In this document: in pieces, positions 34,477-42,947 of the stretch
Layout: each line of letters opens with the position of its first letter
Position numbering within the stretch: the first letter of the stretch is position 1
DNA from: Dehalococcoidia bacterium
GTDB lineage: Bacteria; Chloroflexota; Dehalococcoidia; Lucifugimonadales; UBA3495
DNA: 64,000 nt
Assembly: GCA_965204805.1 (NCBI GenBank)
Contig: OZ242013.1
Span: 3,059,598-3,123,597 of the forward strand
Direction of reading: 5' to 3'
Position numbers and translations under genes: made by a program
The notes under the pieces: model-generated
Databases searched by the model: none
Told to the model about the DNA's origin: nothing
What the model saw: the letters and a program-made list of their open reading frames with translations, nothing else

Positions 34477-35076
34477 TTATTCGTCCTCGTCCCGAGGCGG
34501 GCGCTGGCGGTGGCGAAATACGTCGGCCAGCGGAATGGTCAGGCCCGGCAGCAGCGGAGTAGTCAGAGTGTCCTCGGCAGTCAGCACGGCCCGCTCCACG
34601 TACTCGCCATCCCGCAGTTCCAGTTGCGTCACTGTGTCGTTGCGAGGGTCAACGGGCCAGTACTCCAGCACGCCCGCCTCGGCGTATATCTGCCGCTTGC
34701 GGACCAGGTCGTGGCTGCGGTCGGTGGACAGTATCTCGATTGCGATGTCCGGCGGGGCTTCGACACGGCTGCGGCCTACAATGTCTCGGCGCTCGTTGAG
34801 GATGATGACTATATCCGGCTCCGGGGCGCGTTGCAGTTCCCGCGACAGAATGGTGGTCATTTCTTGGTAGAAGTGCGCCGGTGGCTCATCGAACCCATTC
34901 AAGTAATTCTGGAAGTGCCAGCCGAATTGAAAATGGAGAAATTGGTGGCCAGGTGTGCCAGAAGCCATGATGTAAAGCTTTCCGTCGTCGAGTTCCCATT
35001 TGCCGTCGGTCTTGCCCATACTCAGGAACTCGTCGAGGGACATACGCATTCCGGTGCGATATTTCGTGGTGGTCAT
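34477..35076 (-). CDS. Uma2-family (DUF820) restriction-endonuclease-fold protein
   Basis: 199 aa. PDIAIEILSTDRSHDLVRKRQIYAEAGVLEYWPVDP signature. Confidence 0.8.
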   Translation of the reverse strand: MTTTKYRTGMRMSLDEFLSMGKTDGKWELDDGKLYIMASGTPGHQFLHFQFGWHFQNYLNGFDEPPAHFYQEMTTILSRELQRAPEPDIVIILNERRDIVGRSRVEAPPDIAIEILSTDRSHDLVRKRQIYAEAGVLEYWPVDPRNDTVTQLELRDGEYVERAVLTAEDTLTTPLLPGLTIPLADVFRHRQRPPRDEDE

Positions 35077-35220
35077 TACCGGCTCCGTGTCCGCGCATTT
35101 GGGAATCCCGCACGATACCAGGTGATTGTATCAGAGGGTAATTACTCAAAAGGCATTGGCCGGCGTTTTCCGCCCCAATCCGGTGACGCCCGCCGCTTTC
35201 GCCGCGCCCCGCTGTCGGCG

Positions 35221-35231
35221 TATAATGGCGG
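35221..35231 (+). promoter_or_regulatory. -10 candidate TATAATGGCGG
   Basis: 37 nt upstream of the rplI ATG. Confidence 0.35.
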
Positions 35232-35262
35232 CAATCCCAATAACGCCACGGATGTGATTCCT

Positions 35263-35712
35263 ATGGAAGTTGTTTTCACCCAAGACGTGCCCAACAAGGC
35301 CCGCGCCGGCGAGGTGCGGCGGGTTCCCGACGGGTACGCCCGCAACTATCTGCTGCCCCAGGGCCTGGCGCTGATGGCCACTCCCGAAGTGCTGAAGCGC
35401 CTGCACAAGATAAAGTCGGCGGGCGACCAAGTGCGTATGCGCGAGACCCAGGTGCTGGAAGAGATACGGGAGGCCCTGGACGATACCGAGATCACTGTGC
35501 AGGCCCGCGTGACCCCCACCGGACGCTACTACGGCGCTATCACCAGTACCCACATCTCCATGGCGCTGGCCGAGGTCACCGGGCGCGAGGTGGAGCGCCG
35601 CTGGATCGAGGTCTCCGAACCCATCCGCGAGCCGGGCGAGTACGACATCACCCTGCGCTTCTCCACTGAAATCGCCGCGACGATTCACGTGACCGCCGAG
35701 ACTGAAGAGTAA
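35263..35712 (+). CDS. rplI: 50S ribosomal protein L9
   Basis: ATG at 35263. MEVVFTQDVPNKARAGEVRRVPDGYARNYLLPQGLA is the canonical L9 N-domain. The 452-aa track ORF is an upstream read-through. Confidence 0.9.
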   Translation: MEVVFTQDVPNKARAGEVRRVPDGYARNYLLPQGLALMATPEVLKRLHKIKSAGDQVRMRETQVLEEIREALDDTEITVQARVTPTGRYYGAITSTHISMALAEVTGREVERRWIEVSEPIREPGEYDITLRFSTEIAATIHVTAETEE

Positions 35713-35726
35713 TCGTGGCCCGCCAT

Positions 35727-35745
35727 CCTTCGACCGGCTCAGGAC
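35727..35745 (+). repeat. REP-C variant
   Basis: ccttcgaccggctcaggac, between rplI and dnaB. Confidence 0.6.
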
Positions 35746-35758
35746 GAACGGTTTCGCC

Positions 35759-37135
35759 ATGACCATGTACGCGGAAAGGCTGCTGCCTCACAACCTGGAG
35801 GCGGAGGAAGCGGTCATCGGCTCGCTGCTGATTGACGGCGAGTGCTTCACTCGGATCGCCCCGGTGCTGCAACCCGGCGACTTCTACCGCGAGCGCAACC
35901 AGCTCTGCTTTGCCGCGGCTCAGGCTCTGTTCCAGCGGGACCAGGCCATTGACCAGCTCACCCTGGCCGGGGAGCTGCAACGCACCGAAAAGCTGGACGC
36001 CGTGGGCGGGATGGCCTACCTCTCGCACCTGGTGTCTATCACCCCCACGTCGGTGCACTCCGAAGAATACGCCGAAATCGTTTCCCGCACCGCCACCATG
36101 CGCAAGCTCATTGACGCCGCGGCCCAGATTTCGGCACTGGGCTACAACGACACCGACGACGTGGAAGGCACGCTGCGGCAGGCGGAGGACGCGCTGTTTG
36201 CCGTCCGGGGCGCAGGCCAGACTAGAGGGTTCGTACCGCTGCGGCAGATTTACGACCAATATCTGCAAGACCGGGCGGGAGTTGCCGAGCCGCTGCTGGA
36301 CATGGGCGGGCCGGTGATGTCGGGCTACGCCGACCTGGACGAGTTGCTGGGCGGCATCCAGCGGTCGGACATGGTAATCCTGGGCGCGCGCCCATCCCTA
36401 GGCAAGAGCACCCTGGCCCTGAACATCTGCCTCAACGCCGCCCGCAACGGCTCCACCTCCGGCATCTTCAGCCTGGAGATGAGCCGCGAGCAACTCGGTA
36501 TGCGCATCCTGTCCTCAGAGGCTGAGGTTGACTCCCACCGGCTGCGGCTGGACCTGACCACCTTCGCCGAGCAGCAGCGCATCATTGACGCCATCGGTCA
36601 GCTCTCAGACCTGCCGGTGTACATAGACGACACGCCCTACCAGGGCATGGTGGAGATGCGAAGCAAGGCCCGGCGGCTGTCGCTGGAGCACGGCCTCGAC
36701 CTGCTGGTGGTGGACTACCTGCAGCTGGTGGAGGGTCCGAGGCGCGGCGGCTACGGCGCCAACCGGGTGCAGGAAATCAGCGAGATTTCCCGTTCCTTGA
36801 AAGCGATGGCCCGCGACCTGGGCGTCGCTCTCATCGCCTGCTCGCAGTTGAGCCGCTTGGTGGAGAACCGCCCCAGCCACCGGCCTCTGCTCTCCGACCT
36901 GCGCGACAGCGGCAGTATCGAGCAGGACGCCGACGTGGTGATGTTCATTCACCGCGAGGACGTATACACCACCGAAGAGGAATGGGAGCAGCAACGCCCC
37001 GGACAGCCCTACCCCAGGAACATAGCCGACATCATAGTAGCCAAACACCGCAACGGCCCCACCGGGAACATACAACTGGAGTTCCGCGACAACCTGGTGC
37101 GCTTCGACTCCTTCGCGCGCGTCCCTGATTATTAG
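35759..37135 (+). CDS. dnaB: replicative DNA helicase
   Basis: 458 aa. LPHNLEAEEAVIGSLL, GARPSLGKST (Walker A), LLVVDYLQL and SQLSR motifs. Confidence 0.95.
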   Translation: MTMYAERLLPHNLEAEEAVIGSLLIDGECFTRIAPVLQPGDFYRERNQLCFAAAQALFQRDQAIDQLTLAGELQRTEKLDAVGGMAYLSHLVSITPTSVHSEEYAEIVSRTATMRKLIDAAAQISALGYNDTDDVEGTLRQAEDALFAVRGAGQTRGFVPLRQIYDQYLQDRAGVAEPLLDMGGPVMSGYADLDELLGGIQRSDMVILGARPSLGKSTLALNICLNAARNGSTSGIFSLEMSREQLGMRILSSEAEVDSHRLRLDLTTFAEQQRIIDAIGQLSDLPVYIDDTPYQGMVEMRSKARRLSLEHGLDLLVVDYLQLVEGPRRGGYGANRVQEISEISRSLKAMARDLGVALIACSQLSRLVENRPSHRPLLSDLRDSGSIEQDADVVMFIHREDVYTTEEEWEQQRPGQPYPRNIADIIVAKHRNGPTGNIQLEFRDNLVRFDSFARVPDY

Positions 37136-37142
37136 AAAGATC

Positions 37143-37174
37143 TTCGTGATTCCCGCTTTCGCGGGAATCACGAA
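37143..37174. repeat. REP-B copy
   Basis: ttcgtgattcccgctttcgcgggaatcacgaa, between dnaB and the DnaD-like gene. Confidence 0.85.
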
Positions 37175-37186
37175 ACAGAGACAGCC

Positions 37187-37981
37187 ATGGCCTTCGACGG
37201 TTTCCCCCGCGACACGCTCTACACGCCCACCCCCGACCCGTTCTTCGGCCCGCTGCTGGAGGAAGTCCACGACATCGTGGAGCTGAAGGTGACGTTGCGG
37301 GGCCTGTGGCTGCTGCACCACAAGCGGCAGAGCGTGCGGGCCGTCTCACTGGACGAATTTCTGACAGACACGACCCTGCTGCGGGGGTTGCGTCCGTCGA
37401 CTGGCGCAAGCCCTTCGACAAGCTCAGGACAAACGAGGCCGGAACCCGGAGACGCCGCGGAGGAAATCCGGCGCGGGCTGCGCCTAGCGGTTCGCCGGGG
37501 CGTCTTCCTGGCCCACGAAGCCGGGCCGGGAAAAGTGTATTTCGCGCTCAACAATGAGGCCGGACGCCGGGCCATTGCCCGGCTGAAGGAGACGGGCGCC
37601 AATCCCAGCGACGGCGCACCAGGGGCTGACGAAGCCCCGGCGGGAGTGCGGGAGCGTCCCAACATCTTCGCCCTGTATGAAGACACCATCGGGATGCTGT
37701 CGCCCATCGTTGCCGAGCGGCTCAAGGAAGCCGAAGAACGCTACCCGCCGGGCTGGATTAGGGAAGCATTCGAGATAGCAGCGCTGGAAAACAAGCGCAA
37801 CTGGCAATACATTGACGCCATCCTGAAGCGCTGGGGTTCGGAGGGCAAGGGCGGATGGAAGGGGGGAAGCAATGACGATGGAAAGCCTGGGCGACATTCT
37901 CCGCAGAATCAGCGCCAGAAGTATAGCCAGGACTACCAACGGCGGCGGCGCAGCTCACCCGCCCGAAACAGCCGAAGCTGA
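37187..37981 (+). CDS. DnaD-domain replication protein (3' end uncertain)
   Basis: NIFALYEDTIGMLSPIVAERLKEAEERYPPGWIREAFEIAALENKRNWQYIDAILKRW is a DnaD C-terminal domain. As written it overlaps the next gene by 110 nt (see finding on the G6 run at 37861-37866). Contains an in-frame REP-C copy. Confidence 0.7.
   Translation: MAFDGFPRDTLYTPTPDPFFGPLLEEVHDIVELKVTLRGLWLLHHKRQSVRAVSLDEFLTDTTLLRGLRPSTGASPSTSSGQTRPEPGDAAEEIRRGLRLAVRRGVFLAHEAGPGKVYFALNNEAGRRAIARLKETGANPSDGAPGADEAPAGVRERPNIFALYEDTIGMLSPIVAERLKEAEERYPPGWIREAFEIAALENKRNWQYIDAILKRWGSEGKGGWKGGSNDDGKPGRHSPQNQRQKYSQDYQRRRRSSPARNSRS
37411..37430 (+). repeat. REP-C core inside the DnaD-like gene, in frame
   Basis: cccttcgacaagctcaggac, read as PSTSSGQ. 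Confidence 0.8.
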
Positions 37982-39251
37982 CCGCTGCGCCACCTGCAAC
38001 GGCTCCGGCTGGGTGACCCGCCGTATGCCCGTCGGCCACCCGGATTTCGGCCAGGCTGTCCCTTGCCCGTCCTGTCGCAACGACGAGGAATCCCCTTCCA
38101 GGCGCGAGTCCCTGCGGCGGTACAGCAACCTGGGCGCGCTGTCCGGCGTCACTTTCGCCGCCGCTCGGACGGAAGGTCCACTGGCCGACCCCGGCGCCCG
38201 GCGTATGTTCGCCGAGGCCTTTACCCAAGCCGCAGCTTACGCCGAAAATCCGCAGGGTTGGATGGTGCTGACCGGTCCCTCCGGTAGCGGTAAGACTCAC
38301 CTCGCCGCCGCCATCGCCAACCGCTGCATCGAGCGGCAGCAGACCACCTTCTTCATCATGGTAGCCGACCTGTTGGACCACCTGCGCGCCACCTACGCGC
38401 CCGACAGCCCCACCACCTACGACGAACTGTTCGAGCAGGTGCGCAACGCGCCGCTGCTGGTTCTCGATGACCTGGGCGTCCACAGCGCCACCCCGTGGGC
38501 GCAGGAAAAGCTGTTCCAGGTCATCAACCACCGCCACAACAACAATCTCCCCACCGTGGTGACCGTACGCGGGCCGCTGCCCCGGCTGGGGGAATCGCTT
38601 CGCACCCGGCTGGAAGCCGCCGACGGTCGTTCCACGGTGTTGCAGTTGGGCCACTTCAACACCCGCCTGGCCCTGGGTATCGGGGAAGTGCGCCCCGAAA
38701 TGCTGGAGCGGATGAAGTTTACCAACTTCAACCCGGCGGGCAGCCCCAAGGCAACAGAGAAAGACCGCGATACGCTGGCCCACGCCGTCAGCGCCGCCCG
38801 TACTTTCGCCACCTTTCCCGAGGGCTGGCTGCTCTTCACCGGCGCCCGCGGCTCCGGCAAGACGCACCTGGCGGTGGCCATAGCCGGAGAGAGCTTGCAA
38901 CAGGGGCGGCAGGTGTTCTTCGCCTTCGTGCCAACACTGCTGGACCACCTCCGCACCACCTACAGCCCAGACAGCGCCGTGGGCTTCGATGAGCTTTTCG
39001 AGCAGGTACTGAACGTCTCGCTGCTGATTCTCGACGACCTGGGCGCGGAAAACAGCACAGCATGGGCTGAGGAGAAGCTCTACCAGATAATCGTCCACCG
39101 CCATGAGGCCCGGCTGGCCACGGTCATCACCACCGCCTCGACCATGGAGGAACTGGAGGAAGCCAAGCCCCGCATCGCCTCCCGCCTGGTGGACTGGCTG
39201 GTGGTGGACTGGGTGCCGATAGACGCCCCCAACTACCGCGACCAGCGTTAG
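37872..39251 (+). CDS. helicase-loader-like protein with Zn ribbon and two tandem DnaC/DnaI (IstB-like) AAA+ modules
   Basis: CATC...CPSC. Module 1: WMVLTGPSGSGKTHLAAAIAN...LLVLDDLG. Module 2: WLLFTGARGSGKTHLAVAIAG...LLILDDLG. The modules are collinear and similar. Confidence 0.75.
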   Translation: MTMESLGDILRRISARSIARTTNGGGAAHPPETAEADRCATCNGSGWVTRRMPVGHPDFGQAVPCPSCRNDEESPSRRESLRRYSNLGALSGVTFAAARTEGPLADPGARRMFAEAFTQAAAYAENPQGWMVLTGPSGSGKTHLAAAIANRCIERQQTTFFIMVADLLDHLRATYAPDSPTTYDELFEQVRNAPLLVLDDLGVHSATPWAQEKLFQVINHRHNNNLPTVVTVRGPLPRLGESLRTRLEAADGRSTVLQLGHFNTRLALGIGEVRPEMLERMKFTNFNPAGSPKATEKDRDTLAHAVSAARTFATFPEGWLLFTGARGSGKTHLAVAIAGESLQQGRQVFFAFVPTLLDHLRTTYSPDSAVGFDELFEQVLNVSLLILDDLGAENSTAWAEEKLYQIIVHRHEARLATVITTASTMEELEEAKPRIASRLVDWLVVDWVPIDAPNYRDQR

Positions 39252-39979
39252 CGCTGTTCCGAGTAAGGGATGACGAAGACCGTCACTCCCTCCGCCTCTG
39301 CCTGTTCGGAGCGCGCGTCGTCTATCCGGGCGGTGATAACCACTGGGGTTACGCCACCGCCGGTAATGGTGTCCAGGATATTGGCCCGCTGCTTCGCCCG
39401 CCGGATGTCGTGGGCATCCGCCGTGAGAGAGATCTCGAATACGGCATGGCGGTTCTCTTCGTCCGAGATAATCAGATCGGTCTCAAAGAGGTCGCCGGAA
39501 TCTGCGATAGTTACCAGGCTCTCCCGGATGGCATGGGTGATGGCGCTGACCAGGCTCGGTGCGGCTAGACCCTCTTGGTGCAGGGCAACGTAGGGGGCTT
39601 CAAAGCCGAACTGAATATGGGTGCGAGCCAATGCCTTGGTGCGAACCATCCCCTCGTACTGCGCGCCCTCAAAGTTTCCGAACCGGCCCTCCAGTCTGGT
39701 AAACCGGCCTTCCAGACTGGTAAGCCGTTGCCTGGTGTCGTCGCTAATCTCCTTCAGCTCAGCCAGCATTTCTGATTGCTGGGTTATCAGTTCAGACAGG
39801 CGGCGGTTGGTTTCCTCTTGGCGCTGGTTGGTTTCCTCCTGGGATTGGATGAAACGGTCGAACCGGGCGGGCAGATCGAGCAGGTCCTCGGTGAGCAACA
39901 CCGCCCTGACGGCTTCGGCCCAAGCAGGCTGCTCTCTCAGGATTCGGACCAAGTCTTCGATGGTGTTTATCGTAGTCAT
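39248..39979 (-). CDS. coiled-coil protein with C-terminal restriction-endonuclease-like (PD-(D/E)xK-like) region (hypothetical)
   Basis: 243 aa. QEETNQRQEETNRRL and LEGRFTRLEGRF heptads, then ETDLIISDEENRHAVFEISLTADAHDIRRAKQRA. Fold guess only. Its stop overlaps the dnaC-like stop (TTAG). Confidence 0.4.
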   Translation of the reverse strand: MTTINTIEDLVRILREQPAWAEAVRAVLLTEDLLDLPARFDRFIQSQEETNQRQEETNRRLSELITQQSEMLAELKEISDDTRQRLTSLEGRFTRLEGRFGNFEGAQYEGMVRTKALARTHIQFGFEAPYVALHQEGLAAPSLVSAITHAIRESLVTIADSGDLFETDLIISDEENRHAVFEISLTADAHDIRRAKQRANILDTITGGGVTPVVITARIDDARSEQAEAEGVTVFVIPYSEQR

Positions 39980-40129
39980 ATCCCAATTGTAACCTAGTTC
40001 GGATGGGATATGGAGTAGACTGAAAGGCCCGACAATCTAATGCCGCGCGGTTGCTAACCGATAGTCGCCGTGATAGAATCAACCCGGAAGTTAGATAAAG
40101 AAGAAGCAAGAGAAGCGAAGACGCGCCAA

Positions 40130-40396
40130 ATGCTAGACGGTGAAACCAAAGCCAGTATCATCCGCGAGTACCGCATCAACGACCGGGACACCGGTTCCGC
40201 CGAGGTTCAGGTAGCAATCCTTACCGAGGACATCAAGAGGCTTACTGATCATCTGCGGACGCACCGTAAAGACGTACACTCCCGTCGCGGCTTGCAGGGC
40301 ATGGTCTCCAGGCGGCGGCGTCTGTTGAACTACCTGAGCAAAGAAGATGTCAACCGCTACCAGACACTCATAACAAGGCTTGGCCTGCGCCGGTAG
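40130..40396 (+). CDS. rpsO: 30S ribosomal protein S15
   Basis: ATG at 40130. [36 protein letters not shown] is canonical S15. Confidence 0.95.
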   Translation: MLDGETKASIIREYRINDRDTGSAEVQVAILTEDIKRLTDHLRTHRKDVHSRRGLQGMVSRRRRLLNYLSKEDVNRYQTLITRLGLRR

Positions 40397-40409
40397 TTTC
40401 GGTTTCCAC

Positions 40410-40439
40410 CAGCCCCGACGCCTAATCGGGGCTGTTTTA
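40410..40439 (+). terminator. rpsO terminator / pnp leader hairpin
   Basis: cagccccga-cgcctaa-tcggggctg followed by tttta. Confidence 0.6.
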
Positions 40440-40510
40440 CGTCTAGCCACGTCCCCTCCCCTGCTGTCTTCCCGCCTAACTCACCTTTGTGTGAGGTCAT
40501 GCGTTTTATT

Positions 40511-42826
40511 ATGGCAACTCAACTTGCAACTCCCACAGTGGTCCACCACGAAATCGGCGGGGAAACCCTGGTCCTCGAAACCGGCCGTTTGGCCTTCCAG
40601 GCTCACGGCGCGGTCACCGTCCGCTACGGCGAGTCCATCGTGCTGGCAACCGCCGTCATGTCCGACCGTACCCGCGCCGAGGACATAGACTTTCTGCCCC
40701 TGACCGTGGACTATGAAGAAAGGCTGTACGCCGCCGGGCGCATTCCCGGCAGCTTCTTCCGCCGCGAAGGCCGCCCCGGACAGGAAGGCATCCTCGCCTC
40801 GCGGCTCACCGACCGCTCCATACGTCCCCTGTTCCCCAAGGGCCTGCACAACGACGTGCAGATTACGCTCACGGTTCTCTCCGCCGACCAGGAAAACCCG
40901 CCGGAAATCCTGGCGATGGTGGGCGCATCCGCGGCCCTGGCAATCTCGCAGATACCCTTCGAGGGCCCCATCGGCGCCTGCCGCATCGCCTACCGCAACG
41001 GGCAGTACGTCATCAACCCCACTTACCAGGAAAGCGACGACAGCGCCCTCAGCATGGTAATCGGGGGCACCCGCGACGCGATAATCATGGTGGAAGCCGG
41101 CTCCGACGAGGTGTCTGAGGAAGTCATTCTCGAAGCCATCCGCCGGGCGCAGGAAGCCAACTCAGAGATTATCGGGCTGATTGAAGAGCTGGTCGCCAGC
41201 GTTGGGCAGCCCAAGGTTGAGGTCAAGACCGACAAGGAAGCCGCAGCAAAGCTCGACGGCAGCATTCGCGGCGTCGTGGGAACCCGCTTGGCCGACGCGC
41301 TGGAGGAAAACCTGGACAAGGTGGCGCTGGAAGCCCGTGAGAACGCTCTGCGCGACGAAGTGTCAGAGAAGCTGGCAGAGGAATATACCGGCAAGGTTCT
41401 CTCCGAGGGCTTCAAGAGCGTGATGCGCGACGAGGTGCGCCGCCGTATCCTGCAACAGCACATCCGCCCCGACGGGCGCTCGTTGGAAGAGATTCGCTCC
41501 ATCACCTGCGAGGTGGGCGTCCTGCCCCGCACCCACGGCTCCGGCCTGTTTACGCGCGGCATGACCCAGGTGCTGTCCACCGTGACCGTCGGTTCGCTGG
41601 CGATGAAGCAGACCCTGGACACCGTGGGGCCGGACAACACCAAGCGTTTCATGCACCACTACAACTTCCCGTCCTTCTCTACCGGCGAGGCCCGCCGCGT
41701 GGGGTCGCCGGGCCGCCGCGAAATCGGCCATGGCGCACTGGCGGAGCGGGCCATCCTGCCCGCCCTGCCCTCGGAGGACGAGTTTCCCTATGCCATTCGC
41801 GTGGTCTCGGAAGTGCTCTCCTCCAACGGCAGCACCTCCATGGGCAGTGTCTGCGGCGCGTCGCTGGCGCTGATGGACGCCGGCATCCCGGTCAAGGCCC
41901 CGGTGGCCGGCATCGCCATGGGCCTGGTGACCAACGACGACGGCCAGTACGCCATCCTCAGCGACATCCAAGGCATCGAGGACTTTCTCGGAGACATGGA
42001 CTTCAAGGTCGCTGGCACCGCCAACGGCGTGAACGCCCTGCAAATGGACATCAAGTGGACCGGGCTGACCCAGGAAATCCTGGCTCAGGCCCTGGAGCAG
42101 GCCCGCGTGGGGCGGCTGTACATCATGGACAAGATGGCCCAGGCCATCACCAACCCCAACAATCAGATGAGCCCCCACGCGCCCAAGATGATCAGGCTGA
42201 AGATCAACCCCGACAAGATAGGCGCCCTCATCGGCCCCGGCGGGCGGGTGATTCGCGGCATCCAGGAAGAGACCGGCACCAACATTGACGTGCAGGACGA
42301 CGGCACGGTCACCATCGGCGGTGTGGACCAGACCAAGCTGGAGATGGCCCATTCCAAGGTGGACAGCCTGACCCGCGAGCTGGCCGTCGGCGACATCTTC
42401 ACCGGCAAGGTGGTGCGGCTGACCAACTTCGGCGCCTTCGTCGAGCTGGTGCCGGGCCGCGACGGCCTCATCCGCAACGGCGACCTGGGCGACCTGGAAG
42501 AGGACCTGACCGAGGGCCAGGAAATCACGGTGATGATCCACGAAATAGACTCTCAGGGCCGGGTCAACCTGTCGCGCCGCGCCCTCTTCGGCGACGACAG
42601 CCCGCCCGCACCACGCACTGACTCCCCCCGGCCGGCCTTCGACCGCGGAGCACGCGGCGGCGACCGGGGAGGCCGCAACGGCGGCTTCGGCGGCGGGCGC
42701 GGCGGCAACGGTGGCGGTGGACGGCGCAACGGCGGTGGCGGCGGGCGCCCCATGGGCGGCGGACGCGGCCCCGGCGCCGGCCAGGAACGCCGCTTCGACG
42801 GCGGTGGCCGCGGCCCGCGCAGCTAG
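40511..42826 (+). CDS. pnp: polyribonucleotide nucleotidyltransferase (PNPase) with Arg/Gly-rich C-terminal tail
   Basis: ATG at 40511. Two RNase PH domains, KH (LIGPGGRVIRGIQEETG), S1 (GDIFTGKVVRLTNFGAFVEL), then an RGG/GGN tail of about 70 aa. Confidence 0.95.
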   Translation: MATQLATPTVVHHEIGGETLVLETGRLAFQAHGAVTVRYGESIVLATAVMSDRTRAEDIDFLPLTVDYEERLYAAGRIPGSFFRREGRPGQEGILASRLTDRSIRPLFPKGLHNDVQITLTVLSADQENPPEILAMVGASAALAISQIPFEGPIGACRIAYRNGQYVINPTYQESDDSALSMVIGGTRDAIIMVEAGSDEVSEEVILEAIRRAQEANSEIIGLIEELVASVGQPKVEVKTDKEAAAKLDGSIRGVVGTRLADALEENLDKVALEARENALRDEVSEKLAEEYTGKVLSEGFKSVMRDEVRRRILQQHIRPDGRSLEEIRSITCEVGVLPRTHGSGLFTRGMTQVLSTVTVGSLAMKQTLDTVGPDNTKRFMHHYNFPSFSTGEARRVGSPGRREIGHGALAERAILPALPSEDEFPYAIRVVSEVLSSNGSTSMGSVCGASLALMDAGIPVKAPVAGIAMGLVTNDDGQYAILSDIQGIEDFLGDMDFKVAGTANGVNALQMDIKWTGLTQEILAQALEQARVGRLYIMDKMAQAITNPNNQMSPHAPKMIRLKINPDKIGALIGPGGRVIRGIQEETGTNIDVQDDGTVTIGGVDQTKLEMAHSKVDSLTRELAVGDIFTGKVVRLTNFGAFVELVPGRDGLIRNGDLGDLEEDLTEGQEITVMIHEIDSQGRVNLSRRALFGDDSPPAPRTDSPRPAFDRGARGGDRGGRNGGFGGGRGGNGGGGRRNGGGGGRPMGGGRGPGAGQERRFDGGGRGPRS

Positions 42827-42835
42827 AGTTTTCGA

Positions 42836-42927
42836 TTAAACGCCGAGAACGCCGAGTGCGCCGAGTGCGCCGAGTGCGCCGAGAACGCTAAGTTTTCCTT
42901 CATATTCTCGGCGCACTCGGCGTTTAA
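42836..42927. repeat. family E: 9-bp tandem array (cgccgagtg/cgccgagaa x5, 42841-42885) forming a long hairpin with a downstream inverted arm
   Basis: ttaaacgccgagaacgccgagtgcgccgagtgcgccgagtgcgccgagaac...ttctcggcgcactcggcgtttaa. Probable pnp terminator. Confidence 0.85.
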
Positions 42928-42947
42928 TTTAATTTGGAGGTGTTGAG

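Noticed and set aside
34354-35262. N-terminal 303 codons of the 452-aa ORF ending in rplI
   Set aside because: They are antisense to tenA and the Uma2 gene. L9 begins at the ATG at 35263 with the canonical MEVVF...L9 N-domain.
37758-39104. 448-aa minus-strand ORF opposite the tandem DnaC-like gene, plus similar antisense ORFs at 41363..42541, 57452..58654 and 17977..19143
   Set aside because: The reasoning is the same. The sense strands encode the AAA+ loader, PNPase, IlvD and the Ldh_2 enzyme with canonical motifs.
39248-39251. Convergent genes with overlapping stop codons (TTAG) as a regulatory feature
   Set aside because: A 4-nt convergent overlap is common in compact genomes, and no associated structure is seen.
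42841-42885. Five 9-bp direct repeats after pnp as a possible CRISPR or iteron array
   Set aside because: The units are too short and are contiguous. They pair with a downstream inverted arm, so a terminator or slippage hairpin explains them better.
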